64,000 nt of DNA from an uncultured Methanosarcinales archaeon. GTDB taxonomy: Archaea; Nanobdellota; Nanobdellia; Woesearchaeales; CAIVOO01. The notes under the pieces are model-generated. The model had not been told where the DNA came from. It saw nothing but the letters and a program-made list of their open reading frames with translations, and ran no database searches. Of this stretch, positions 48,805-58,764 are shown one piece after another; positions within the stretch are counted from its first letter, which is position 1; each line of letters starts with the position of its first letter. The stretch covers positions 62,001 to 126,000 of the forward strand of contig CAZAIK010000001.1 of NCBI GenBank assembly GCA_964485195.1, in the 5' to 3' direction. The position numbers and the translations under genes are program-made.

Positions 48805-49089
48805 ATGCCAGGAAGAGACAGGACAGGACCCTTAGGAGAGGGGCCTATGACAGGAGGAGGGCTCGGCTTTTGCGGAAGGGGCCTTGCTTTAAGAAAAGGC
48901 TTCGGAAGAAGGCTGGGCAGATTCGGAAGAGGCTACGGCAGAGGATTCGGCCGGGTATATGAATATCCGGAAGGTTCTGCAGCCCTTACCAAGGAAGAGG
49001 AAAAGAAGATTTTAAAAGAGGAAAAAGCAGAGATAGAGCAGGAACTCAAGAGAATTAATGAAAGGCTAAATGAAACAGATGAGCAGTGA
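48805..49089 (+). CDS. DUF5320-family protein
   Basis: MPGRDRTGPLGEGPMTGGGLGFC, Gly/Arg region, coiled coil. Confidence 0.88.
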   Translation: MPGRDRTGPLGEGPMTGGGLGFCGRGLALRKGFGRRLGRFGRGYGRGFGRVYEYPEGSAALTKEEEKKILKEEKAEIEQELKRINERLNETDEQ

Positions 49090-49513
49090 AAACAAAAAAA
49101 GGCTGAAAGAAGCTATTGCTAAGACAGCCAGATCTCTCTATTTCAGCCTGCCAATATTAGTGGGAGTAATCCTGCTGGTTGGCCTGGCAAACACGTTCAT
49201 TCCGAAAACAGCATACTCTGCCTTATTCAGTAAAATTGCTTTTTTGGACGCTTTCATCGGGGCTGTTGTAGGAAGCGTGCTTGCCGGCAATCCTGTAACC
49301 AGTTATGTTGTAGGAGGTGAACTGCTGAATCAGGGAATTGGCCTTGTCGCCGTCACTGCCTTTATCGTTGCCTGGGTTACAGTGGGAGTCGTGCAGTTTC
49401 CTGCTGAATCAATACTTTTGGGGAAAAAATTCGCCATTGCAAGAAATGCTGCAAGTTTTGGCCTGGCAATAGTAGTTGCCATAATAACAGTTGCAATAAT
49501 GGGGTTAATATGA
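49070..49513 (+). CDS. permease half (DUF318/ArsP-like)
   Basis: Hydrophobic; GSVLAGNPVTSY, LGKKFAIARN. Confidence 0.75.
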   Translation: MKQMSSENKKRLKEAIAKTARSLYFSLPILVGVILLVGLANTFIPKTAYSALFSKIAFLDAFIGAVVGSVLAGNPVTSYVVGGELLNQGIGLVAVTAFIVAWVTVGVVQFPAESILLGKKFAIARNAASFGLAIVVAIITVAIMGLI

Positions 49514-49848
49514 GGATACTTATGCCTGTTTTGGAAAACAAGGGAAAAGCTTCGGCTATTTCAGAGCATTTCGGACACGCCCCGCTTTTCGCTGTTTATG
49601 ACACAGAAAAGAAAAAACTGGAAATAATGGAGAGTAAGCTAAGCCACGCCAATCAAGAACGAACGCCCGTGGACCAGCTGATGGCTTATAATCCAGGCAT
49701 TGTTTATGTCATTGAAATCGGGCAGAGAGCCATTAACCTGTTCAGGGAAAAAGATGTTGAAGTAAAAACAGGAAAGTTCAGGACAGTAAAGGAAGTAATA
49801 GAAAACGCAGGCGCGCTTCAGGACGTTGAGGAGGGATGCAGGCACTAA
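49510..49848 (+). CDS. NifB/NifX-family cofactor-binding protein
   Basis: ISEHFGHAPLF, IGQRA. Confidence 0.88.
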   Translation: MRILMPVLENKGKASAISEHFGHAPLFAVYDTEKKKLEIMESKLSHANQERTPVDQLMAYNPGIVYVIEIGQRAINLFREKDVEVKTGKFRTVKEVIENAGALQDVEEGCRH

Positions 49849-49849
49849 G

Positions 49850-50356
49850 ATGAAAAAAACAGAAAAAAGCCATGCAGGATGGTGGTTTTTGGTAATCGTG
49901 GGAATCATCTACATTGCCATTGCCTTTATAGACTGGAGCGGTGTTGTCGCAAGCCTCAGTTTTTTCATTAAGATAACAGTAAAACTCGTTCCCCTTTTTA
50001 TATCCATTTTTGTGCTGATGAGCATAATAAATTGTTTCATAAGCAACAAGTTTTTGCTCAAGTGGCTCGGAAGCGAGGCAGGAATTAAAGGATGGCTTGT
50101 CTCAATTATTGGGGGAATAATATCCATAGGCCCAATTTACATGTGGTATCCATTACTAAGCGACTTGCAAGAAAAAAAGGCAAAGGAAGGTTTCATAGCA
50201 ACCTTTCTTTACAACAGGGCTGTTAAGCCGGCATTATTGCCATTGCTGATTTATTATTTCGGCTGGATTTACACTCTTGTGCTGACAGTCATAATGATTT
50301 TCGCTTCAATAGCCCAAGGAGTGATTGTTGAAAAAATAATGGAGGTAAGGAAATGA
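49850..50356 (+). CDS. permease half (DUF318/ArsP-like)
   Basis: WLGSEAGIKG, GPIYMWYPLL. Confidence 0.75.
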   Translation: MKKTEKSHAGWWFLVIVGIIYIAIAFIDWSGVVASLSFFIKITVKLVPLFISIFVLMSIINCFISNKFLLKWLGSEAGIKGWLVSIIGGIISIGPIYMWYPLLSDLQEKKAKEGFIATFLYNRAVKPALLPLLIYYFGWIYTLVLTVIMIFASIAQGVIVEKIMEVRK

Positions 50357-50655
50357 AAATGGCAGTTGCTTCAACAGGAAAGGCAGAAGCTTCAGAAGTG
50401 AGCCCTGTAAGCGGAAGAGCCCCTTATTACCTTATTTTTGAGGACAAGAAACTTGTTAAGGTAATTCCAAATCCTTTCAAAGTGGGAGGTGGAGGCGCCG
50501 GCTTCGGAGTTGCAAAAATGCTCAAGGGTGAGGGAATATCACTTGTCATAGCAGGCAACTTCGGTGAAAAAATGATGGACTATCTTAAGGAGAAAGGGAT
50601 AGACTATAAGGTAGCTGAAAACAAGAAAGTAAGCGAGGTTGTAAACGAATCTTAA
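50353..50655 (+). CDS. NifB/NifX-family protein
   Basis: GRAPYYLI, NPF..GGGAG, VIAGNFG. Confidence 0.88.
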   Translation: MKMAVASTGKAEASEVSPVSGRAPYYLIFEDKKLVKVIPNPFKVGGGGAGFGVAKMLKGEGISLVIAGNFGEKMMDYLKEKGIDYKVAENKKVSEVVNES

Positions 50656-50656
50656 A

Positions 50657-51133
50657 ATGCCAAGGCCACGAATGCGGAGAAGGATTGGTTTTGAACCAAG
50701 CATAGTGTACTTCAAGCCGGCAGGAGTCCCCATAGCCCGATTGAAGGAGGTAGTTCTCGCCTTTGAGGAGCTTGAGGCAGTTAGACTGAAAGATCTGCTG
50801 CAGATGGAGCAGCGAGAAGCAGCTGAAAGGATGAATATCTCACAGCCCACCTTTCACCGCCTGCTATTAGAGGCGAGAAAGAAAGTGGCTGACGCTATTG
50901 TGAATGGAAAAGCAATAAGAATAGAGGGAGGTATCTACAAAATGGTGCAGCCAACCAGAAGAGGGATGGCCCGCGGAAGAGGCGGAGCAGGAGGAAAGGG
51001 GATGGGCTTCGGAGGCCCCCCACTGGAATGTGTATGCCCCAAGTGCGGAACCCAGTCTCCAAAAGCGAGAGGAAGGCCTTGCATACAGCAGAAATGCCCC
51101 AAGTGCGGAACCCCTATGACCAGAAGCCAGTGA
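50657..51133 (+). CDS. DUF134 DNA-binding protein with C-terminal double Zn ribbon
   Basis: MPRPR..FKPAG, ELEAVRLKD, ISQPTF; two CPKCG. Confidence 0.9.
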   Translation: MPRPRMRRRIGFEPSIVYFKPAGVPIARLKEVVLAFEELEAVRLKDLLQMEQREAAERMNISQPTFHRLLLEARKKVADAIVNGKAIRIEGGIYKMVQPTRRGMARGRGGAGGKGMGFGGPPLECVCPKCGTQSPKARGRPCIQQKCPKCGTPMTRSQ

Positions 51134-51140
51134 ATTCAAG

Positions 51141-51530
51141 ATGAAAGGAACATACTGCCTGTTAATCAGCGTAGCAGAAGGTATTAGTCCGAAAGTGGGT
51201 GCACTGGGCAGGATAAGTTTCAAAAAAGGGAATTATGTTTATGTGGGAAGCGCCCAGAACAGCATTGAAAGCCGTGTTGCCAGGCATTTAAGCTATAAAA
51301 AGAGAATAAGGTGGCATATTGATTACCTGCTGAAAAACAAAAATGTGAGAATAAATAAAATTTTGTATAAAGGAACGAACAAGAAGGAAGAGGAGTGCAG
51401 GACAGCAAAGGAATTGATGAAAAATTCAGAAGCGATTGATAGGTTTGGGTGCTCTGACTGCAATTGCAAGTCACACTTGTTCAGGTTCACAAAATTTAAA
51501 AAAATAAGAGGGTTTAAAGAATTAAGATGA
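51141..51530 (+). CDS. GIY-YIG nuclease (DUF123)
   Basis: GTYCL, YVYVGSA, RWHIDYLL, FGCSDCNCKSHL. Confidence 0.9.
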   Translation: MKGTYCLLISVAEGISPKVGALGRISFKKGNYVYVGSAQNSIESRVARHLSYKKRIRWHIDYLLKNKNVRINKILYKGTNKKEEECRTAKELMKNSEAIDRFGCSDCNCKSHLFRFTKFKKIRGFKELR

Positions 51531-52638
51531 GACTGCTCAAGGTTTCGTTGATTGCAGCAATCATTGTATCTCTTGCCAGCTTCGCCTATGCTCAGGAGAA
51601 TGAAAGCTGCATTTACTTCTTTTACGGCAAAGGATGCTCCCATTGCGCAAAAGTAATGCCCGTGCTTGAAGAGATAGAGGAGCGTAATGGTAATATAGAA
51701 ATGCACACATTTGAGGTCTACCAGAACAGGTCAAACCTTGTCCTGATACAGGATTATTTTGAAAAGTATGACATTGACCCAAGATACAGGGGAGTGCCTG
51801 CGGTGTTCATAGGAGACGCTTACCTTATAGGGGACACTCCCATAATAAACAACATTGACCGGTTGATAAGGGAAAATCAAGGGAAAGGATGCCCCACGCT
51901 TGAGGAGAAGGAAGCAACAGGAGAGGTGGGAGCAAAGTCACCAACCAGGCAGCTGAAAGAGCTGCCAATCTTGACTGTGATAGGTGCAGCATTTGTTGAT
52001 TCAATCAACCCCCTGCGCCATTGCTGTCCTGCTCATACTTCTGGGAGCTTTGATAGCTGCCGGCAGCAAGAAAAAAGCGATTAAGGTGGGGCTCGCATTC
52101 ACTGCCTCAATTTACATTGTTTACTTCCTTTTCGGGCTGGGGTTGTTCAGCGCCCTGCAGATAACAGGGTTAAGTTTATGGTTCTACAAGATAATAGGAA
52201 TCCTTGCAATTGCCATTGGATTGTTCAATATCAAGGATTTCTTCTGGTATGGGGGCGGAGGTTTTGTTATGGAAATACCCCAGGAGCTGGCGGCCCACAC
52301 TGAAAAAGCTTTTGGGAAACGTTACAACACCTTTGGGCGCATTCATTATTGAATTTGCAGTATGCCTCTTTGAGCTGCCCTGCACAGGAGGCCCTTACCT
52401 TGTGATACTCGGGCTGTTGGCAGGGAAAACAACACAAATCCAGGCAATACCAATCTTGTTATTGTACACTCTTGTCTTCGTAATCCCACTGATTGTGATT
52501 ACAATGGCAATCTACTTCGGCTTCAGCACAGTGCAGAAGGCAGGGGAGTGGAAGGAAAGGAATGTCAGGATTTTGCACTTAATCGCGGGGATAATAATGC
52601 TGGTGCTGGGAATCCTTGTTGTGCTGGGACTGGTTTAA
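51527..52638 (+). pseudogene. thioredoxin-CcdA/DsbD-type fusion interrupted by two +1 frameshifts
   Basis: CSHC domain, DSINP|CAI, MEIP|RSWRP, ELPCTGGPY spread over three frames. Confidence 0.8.
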
Positions 52639-54137
52639 AGAACAACCAACAGCAACCCGACAATTCCTGCAATTGCCAGGTAAATGAGGGCAGGTATTAT
52701 GTTTATTCTTAGTATCGTGCTTTCCTTTCCCTGCAGCTTTACTGTTGCCTGGGCTGCCACAATGTTGTTCATTGCTATCATATTTCCTGCGCTGGCTCCC
52801 GTTACCTGCAGTGCAAGTATCTTATTGGCAGGGATTCCTAGAAGAGTTGCTGTCTGCGCCTGCACCTTGCCAAACAAAAGATTGGAAACTGTTGCGGAGC
52901 CTGCTATAAACGCTCCCAACGCCCCTATGAAAGGCGCGATAAAAGGCAATGCCGATGTCTGTGCAAACTGGGACATTATCCCAATCATGCTCCTTATATG
53001 GGAAGCGTTAAAATTTGTGTTTGCCATAAGTTGCACAAAGGCTGCGATAAAGAATAATGTCAGAAAGGCTTTCTCCAGCTTGAAAAGTGATTCTTTGAAA
53101 GAGTGTTTCATCCTTCTTGAATGATACAGGGAGAATGCAATCGCGACTGCAATGAATATAATGCCCGGGTTGAATATGTTGAAATTATGGGAGATCCCTC
53201 TTATTACCTCATAGCTAAATGTTTTCATCACAGGGAGGAATTTGACAATGACGAGGACCAAAACAACAGTTATGTAAGGAAGAAATGCCTGGGAAAAGCT
53301 GTGTTTTGCCTTTAGTTTTGCCTTTCTTTTTGTTTCATATTTCCATTCGTGCTTCGGCAACAGGAATTTTCTCCTTATCAGAAAAATCAGCAGCCCGAGC
53401 CCTATCAACGCTCCCAGCAGGGAGGGAAAAGCGTAGTCAAACATTGACAATACAAAATAGGGCACGGTAAAGCAGAGCCCTGCAGCCAATGAGAAAGGAA
53501 TCATTTCCTTGATATACTGCCATTTCCTGTTTTTTGACAACAATACAAGGACAGCAACCATCATTAAAGGAACGAAAGTTCCTGCTATCATATTGATCAG
53601 TCCTGTGAAGAAAGAAACTCCTGCTGTGTCAAGCCCTGAAAATCCGAGAAAGATGGGAGTCCCCACAGCCCCGAATGCCACAGCGGTGGAGTCTGCTATC
53701 AATGCGACAGCAACAGCTGAAACTGCCGGGAATCCTATTCCCACAAGAAGGGGAGCGACTATCGCTGCCGGGGTCCCGAAACCTGCTGCCCCCTCAAGAA
53801 AAGAGCCGAACATCCAGGCAATAAGAATCATCTGAACCCTCCTGTCAGCGCTTGCCCTGCTGAGATGGTGTTCTATTGACTCAATAATGCCTTTTCTTCT
53901 CATAATTTCCAAAAAGAATATTGCCCCGAAAACTATGAGAGTTATTTCAACAGCTATGAAAAGCCCTTTCAGGGATGCTGACAAGGCATACGCCAGCCTC
54001 ATCTGCCATATGGCCAGGGCCAGGAAAAGTGTTAAGATGAAAGTGAGAGGTGCTGAGAAAAAGAGAGTTCTCCTGAAGGCAATGACCAGTATTAAAATGA
54101 ACAGGATGGGAAGCAATGATAAGATAAGCAGGTTCAT
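52635..54137 (-). CDS. lctP: L-lactate permease
   Basis: FLEGAAGFGTPAA, FGAVGTP, GSATVSNLLF. Confidence 0.92.
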   Translation of the reverse strand: MNLLILSLLPILFILILVIAFRRTLFFSAPLTFILTLFLALAIWQMRLAYALSASLKGLFIAVEITLIVFGAIFFLEIMRRKGIIESIEHHLSRASADRRVQMILIAWMFGSFLEGAAGFGTPAAIVAPLLVGIGFPAVSAVAVALIADSTAVAFGAVGTPIFLGFSGLDTAGVSFFTGLINMIAGTFVPLMMVAVLVLLSKNRKWQYIKEMIPFSLAAGLCFTVPYFVLSMFDYAFPSLLGALIGLGLLIFLIRRKFLLPKHEWKYETKRKAKLKAKHSFSQAFLPYITVVLVLVIVKFLPVMKTFSYEVIRGISHNFNIFNPGIIFIAVAIAFSLYHSRRMKHSFKESLFKLEKAFLTLFFIAAFVQLMANTNFNASHIRSMIGIMSQFAQTSALPFIAPFIGALGAFIAGSATVSNLLFGKVQAQTATLLGIPANKILALQVTGASAGNMIAMNNIVAAQATVKLQGKESTILRINIIPALIYLAIAGIVGLLLVVL

Positions 54138-56230
54138 TTCAGCACCACCCTTGCGCTCGTGCCCTCTTTAAGTATTTCATAATCATTGATTATTATTCTT
54201 TTGCGGAACATCGGGCCGTCCAAGACAAGGGTTTCAAATTCCCCTCCTTCGCCCGCAATGTTTATTTTGTATTTTTTGTTTAATTCCACCAGCTCGTCCA
54301 CGTCCTCCTTTGTCAGGGACCTCATCAGCCATTTCTTGTCCAGGCCTTCTGCAGCCACTGCTGTCATCACAATTTCAAAGCCTGAGTTGATAATCTCGCG
54401 CATCTCATCTTCCTGGTTAATGTGCCACAAGGGTGAGAAAATCTTCAGCCCGAGCTTCTCGCATATTCTTTCAATCCTGCTTCTCTGATAGTCTGAAAAA
54501 ATAGCTCCAGTGACTACACCTTGGATTTTGTGCTTTTCTTTTGCTTTCCTCATCAATTCCTCTAAATCCTTCAGTTCCTCCTCTTTTTCCCCTTCGGTGC
54601 AGCCAATAATTATGGGGATGTTCATGGCTTCGGCCTGTTTCTCGGCAATGTCAACAGTTGGTGTGTGGAACATGTAAGAATCTGGATTCTCGCTTTTCAT
54701 TGTTATAAGGCAGCCAATCTCGTAATTCTGCTTTTTCATAACATAGGTGGCATATGTTGAGTCCTTGCCTGAGCTGAAAAGAACGCCCAACCTGAGATTT
54801 GGTATATTGTAAAAGCTTTCAAGATACTCTGACTTTTTCCTGTAACCTTTCTTTTTTGCAAGCTTGCCTATTGCACTGTCAAACCTGCTTCCGTACTGGG
54901 CAGCCCTTTTCTTTCTTTCAGCAAATTCTTTGGCTAATCCCAAGTCCTTTGCAACATCCCTGAGGATTATCTTGTTCTGCTTTTCATCCAGCTTGTATTT
55001 TGAAGGTATTTTCAGCGCGTAATCAACCAGTTTTTTGTCAAGAAATGGCACTCTCAGTTCAATGGAATTTACCATAGTCACCACGTCATCCCTGTACAAG
55101 TCGCGTTCATACATTTTCAGCAATCCTGAATAGCATTCCTTGTTGACATTTTCAGAGTGCTTGTGCCTTTCATAGCCTGCAAAGATTTCCTCGCTTCCCA
55201 GGCCTGACATTATCACCTTGATTCCGTCCCTCAAGGCCTCCTCGCAGCAAAGGTAAAATGGGATTGCAACCCCAACCTTGACAACATTTGAATCCTCAAT
55301 GAGAGGCACTATTTTTCTCAGATACCCTTCCAGCTCGTCGATGGTTATTGTCAGTATTTTCAGCTTCAGCCCCAGGGAATTCGCCGCCTTCACCGCATAA
55401 ACAACATCCTCTGCCTCAACTTCTGATTCAAGGGCAGCCACGTAGCAGGTGAAGTCAGCCCCAAAGCGCTTCAGCATTATTGCCAGCACAGAGGAATCAA
55501 CACCGCCTGAAAACAACAATCCGAGTTTTTTGTCAGGAATTCTTTTTTCCACTGCCTCGAACAAAAGGTTAGAGACTGTTTCCCTCTGGATATTGTAGTC
55601 CTCCCTGTTCTCAGGAGTTATTGAAAAGAAATTTCTTTCCTCCACAAAAAGCTCTTTCCCCTTAACCCTGTAAAAAAGCATCTTTCTGGGGTTTAATTCC
55701 TCCACCTCCTGAAAGCCAAGCTTTTCCAGCGCCTTTTTTTCAGAGGCAAAGGCAAAGCACAGCTGATTGTTCCTTTTTTTTGAATACCACAAAGGCTTTA
55801 CCCCTATTATATCCCTGGCTATCAAAACTTCATCATTTTTCCAGTAAGCAAATGCGTAATCCCCATCTAACTCGTCTATTTTGTCGGGAAGCAGGCTTTT
55901 CTCAAGCATCCAGAACAACAGGTCAGAGTCGTTTTTTGCAATGATGCTGTGCTTTTTCCTCAAATCCTTCCAGTTGTAAATCTCGCAGTTGGAAACAAAG
56001 CTTCCCTTCCCTGCCAGGGGCTGCCTGACAGACTCTATGACTGAATGAAGGTTATGGCCTATTGCATTGACAGAAGTTCTCAAGGTCAAGTCAAAATCCC
56101 TGGAATGTCTTGTCTCTGAATCCGTGGCTATTCCTATTCCATCCCTGCCCCTGCTTTCCATGGTTTTCAGGCCTTCCAGAACAAGAGCTTCCGCCCCTTC
56201 AATATTGAATATGCCAATAATACCGCACAT
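54134..56230 (-). CDS. asparagine-synthase-like / diphthine-ammonia ligase (Dph6) fusion
   Basis: MCGIIG, RDIIGVKPL, FSGGVDS, LRVPFLD, then FSSGKDS, SYMFHT, GEGGEFET. Confidence 0.88.
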   Translation of the reverse strand: MCGIIGIFNIEGAEALVLEGLKTMESRGRDGIGIATDSETRHSRDFDLTLRTSVNAIGHNLHSVIESVRQPLAGKGSFVSNCEIYNWKDLRKKHSIIAKNDSDLLFWMLEKSLLPDKIDELDGDYAFAYWKNDEVLIARDIIGVKPLWYSKKRNNQLCFAFASEKKALEKLGFQEVEELNPRKMLFYRVKGKELFVEERNFFSITPENREDYNIQRETVSNLLFEAVEKRIPDKKLGLLFSGGVDSSVLAIMLKRFGADFTCYVAALESEVEAEDVVYAVKAANSLGLKLKILTITIDELEGYLRKIVPLIEDSNVVKVGVAIPFYLCCEEALRDGIKVIMSGLGSEEIFAGYERHKHSENVNKECYSGLLKMYERDLYRDDVVTMVNSIELRVPFLDKKLVDYALKIPSKYKLDEKQNKIILRDVAKDLGLAKEFAERKKRAAQYGSRFDSAIGKLAKKKGYRKKSEYLESFYNIPNLRLGVLFSSGKDSTYATYVMKKQNYEIGCLITMKSENPDSYMFHTPTVDIAEKQAEAMNIPIIIGCTEGEKEEELKDLEELMRKAKEKHKIQGVVTGAIFSDYQRSRIERICEKLGLKIFSPLWHINQEDEMREIINSGFEIVMTAVAAEGLDKKWLMRSLTKEDVDELVELNKKYKINIAGEGGEFETLVLDGPMFRKRIIINDYEILKEGTSARVVLK

Positions 56231-56262
56231 ATTAATGATTTGGAAAGCTGTATTTTTAAAAT

Positions 56263-57030
56263 CTATTGTTTTGAATTAACGAATAACTTTTCGGCATATT
56301 CTATGAAATCGGTTAATTTGTTCTTTATCTCCTCATCAGTAGGTTTTTCCCAATTATCAATGCCTTTCAAAGCAGTTTTGATTATCGACTTAAATTTATC
56401 AGGCACATTTTCTGAACACCATTTTGCAGCTTTTTTCTTAGAGACAACTTTATCCTTGTTTTTAACAGAATAAATAATCCTGCATAATTGAATTATTATA
56501 AACATCTCGTTCCAAAAATCTATGGCTGACCATTTAGGCGCGTTTCCCTTCAAATGATTAAACTTGTCCAATAATGCCTCTTCAATTAGTTTTTCTTCAA
56601 TTTCGGGTATAAAAGTTGAAGGTGTAGGTCCGTACAGGACAATCCCGCAATCCAGGATATTTGATAAATCCATACTAAACCCTTCAATTTTGGAATTTAT
56701 TAATTTATCATTTCTAAAACAAACAGTATTGACAATATTTTTCACTGGCTTTATATCCCCAATAAATACATAGTCCATTTCAAGTTTTTTTATCCATCTG
56801 CTGTTTCTTAGCTGTGGCACTTCATAAATTTTTTTCAAATCTTCAAAGTCTTTATCAAGTAGTCTAGTATTAAGGAATACCATTACATCGACATCGCTTC
56901 TAAACTTTTCAAATTCCCCATAAGATATGGACCCGTAAATATAGATACCTATAATGTAATCTTTGAATTTCATGAGTAACTGATTTCTTATTGCTAATAA
57001 AAACGCGTTTAAATCGTTAGGCAAGTCCAT
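56263..57030 (-). CDS. aminoglycoside nucleotidyltransferase-like protein (DUF4111)
   Basis: YIYGS...SDVDV; LCRIIY...VSKKKAAKW; AT-rich. Confidence 0.75.
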   Translation of the reverse strand: MDLPNDLNAFLLAIRNQLLMKFKDYIIGIYIYGSISYGEFEKFRSDVDVMVFLNTRLLDKDFEDLKKIYEVPQLRNSRWIKKLEMDYVFIGDIKPVKNIVNTVCFRNDKLINSKIEGFSMDLSNILDCGIVLYGPTPSTFIPEIEEKLIEEALLDKFNHLKGNAPKWSAIDFWNEMFIIIQLCRIIYSVKNKDKVVSKKKAAKWCSENVPDKFKSIIKTALKGIDNWEKPTDEEIKNKLTDFIEYAEKLFVNSKQ

Positions 57031-57155
57031 AATGTTTATTTATTTAAAAGGCTTTAAAATACTTTCTGGTCATTTTTTTAGTAAAAAGGCAAAAGACGAG
57101 ACATATTTTTAAACTCTTTAGAAACTTTTTTAATTGAAAAACATAATTATCATCT

Positions 57156-58169
57156 ATGAAGGAGGCCATTCTTTGGAAATCCCTGGACAAGCAGGATGTG
57201 GAATGCCAGGCCTGCAATTTCAGGTGCAAAATCAGCCCTGGCAATCTTGGATTGTGCAGGGTAAGGAAGAATGTTGAAGGCAAGCTTTTCTCCCTTGTTT
57301 ACGGGGAAATTTCCTCTGTCAATGTTGACCCCATTGAAAAAAAGCCCTTGTTCCATTTTCATCCGGGAATGCTCACTTACTCAATAGGGACCATGGGGTG
57401 CAATTTCAAATGCCTCTTCTGCCAGAACTATGACATTTCAACAGCAGAGCCCGACGACATCAACTTTTTCGGCAAGGGGGTAACACCAGAAGAAATAATA
57501 AAGAACGCCAGAAAATATGACTGCAAAGCAATTGCATACACTTACAATCAGCCTTCTGTCTTCATAGAGTTTGTGATTGACACTGCCAGATTGGCAAAAA
57601 AGGAGGGGCTCAAGAATGTTTATGTCACTAACGGCTATGAAACAAAGGAAGCGCTGGAAAAATTAAAGGGGCTCGTGGATGCGATGAACATCGACCTTAA
57701 ATCAATGAACAGCGAGTTTTACCTCAAGAAATGCGGGGCGGTGAAGGTGGACAAGGTATTGGAGACTATTGCCCTGGCCCATAAAATCGGATTCTGGATT
57801 GAAATCACCACCCTGATAATTCCAGGGCACAATGATTCAGAAGAGGAATTAAAGCAGATTGCCAAGTTCATAGCTGATTTGGACAAGGACATTCCCTGGC
57901 ACATTTCCAGGTTTTTCCCCATGCACAGGATGGAGAATGTTCCTCCCACTCCCATGGCCAAGCTGGCTGAAGCCCACAAGATCGGGCTGGAAGCTGGCCT
58001 GAAATATGTTTACATAGGCAACATACCTGATGAGGAGCACGAAAACACCTTATGCCCAAAATGCGGCGAAACAGTTGTGCAAAGGATTTGGAGAGAGAAC
58101 AGATTAAACAACAGGATAGAAAAGGGCAAATGCCCAAAATGCGGTGAGAAAATTGCAGGAGTTTACTGA
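57156..58169 (+). CDS. amrS: AmmeMemoRadiSam radical SAM enzyme
   Basis: DPIEKKPLFHF, GCNFKCLFCQN, WHISRFFP. Confidence 0.93.
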   Translation: MKEAILWKSLDKQDVECQACNFRCKISPGNLGLCRVRKNVEGKLFSLVYGEISSVNVDPIEKKPLFHFHPGMLTYSIGTMGCNFKCLFCQNYDISTAEPDDINFFGKGVTPEEIIKNARKYDCKAIAYTYNQPSVFIEFVIDTARLAKKEGLKNVYVTNGYETKEALEKLKGLVDAMNIDLKSMNSEFYLKKCGAVKVDKVLETIALAHKIGFWIEITTLIIPGHNDSEEELKQIAKFIADLDKDIPWHISRFFPMHRMENVPPTPMAKLAEAHKIGLEAGLKYVYIGNIPDEEHENTLCPKCGETVVQRIWRENRLNNRIEKGKCPKCGEKIAGVY

Positions 58170-58734
58170 GGAGGAGAAGGAATTCTTGCTGAAGACAGCA
58201 AGGCAGGTCATAGAGAACGGAGCGATGCAAGAAGAAAAAGGCGTTCCGTCAAGATGTCCTGAAAGGCTAAGGGAAAAAGGGGCCTGCTTTGTGACATTGG
58301 AGCATCAGGGGCATTTGAGAGGGTGCATAGGCAGCCTTGAAGCGCGCGAGCCCTTAATACAAAACGTGATTAAGAATGCTTATAATTCTGCATTTAAGGA
58401 CCCGAGATTCATGCCTGTCCGGCAGAGCGAGGTTGAAGACATTGATATAGAAATCTCGGTGTTGACAGAGCCAGAGGAATTGGAATATTCAGATGATAAT
58501 GACTTGTTAAGCAAGTTAAACCCTCCCAAGGATGGGGTGGTTTTAAGCAAGGCAGGAAAAAGCGCCACCTTCCTGCCCCTTGTCTGGGGGCATTTCAAAA
58601 AAGACGGGGATTATGACAAAATAGGATTTTTAACAGAGCTGTGCCTCAAGGCAGGACTGGAAGCTGATGACTGGAAAAGGGACTGCACCATAAAGATTTA
58701 TCACACAATCTTAATGAAGGAAAAAGAAAGGTAA
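58144..58734 (+). CDS. amrA: AMMECR1-domain protein
   Basis: CFVTL, LRGCIG, DPRF, ATFLP. Confidence 0.93.
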   Translation: MRKLQEFTEEEKEFLLKTARQVIENGAMQEEKGVPSRCPERLREKGACFVTLEHQGHLRGCIGSLEAREPLIQNVIKNAYNSAFKDPRFMPVRQSEVEDIDIEISVLTEPEELEYSDDNDLLSKLNPPKDGVVLSKAGKSATFLPLVWGHFKKDGDYDKIGFLTELCLKAGLEADDWKRDCTIKIYHTILMKEKER

Positions 58735-58764
58735 GGATGGAAGGCATTCCAAAAACAGGCTAAA

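Noticed and set aside
51035..51113. TGCCCCAAGTGCGGAACCC direct repeat
   Set aside because: Encodes the duplicated CPKCGT Zn knuckles of the DUF134 protein
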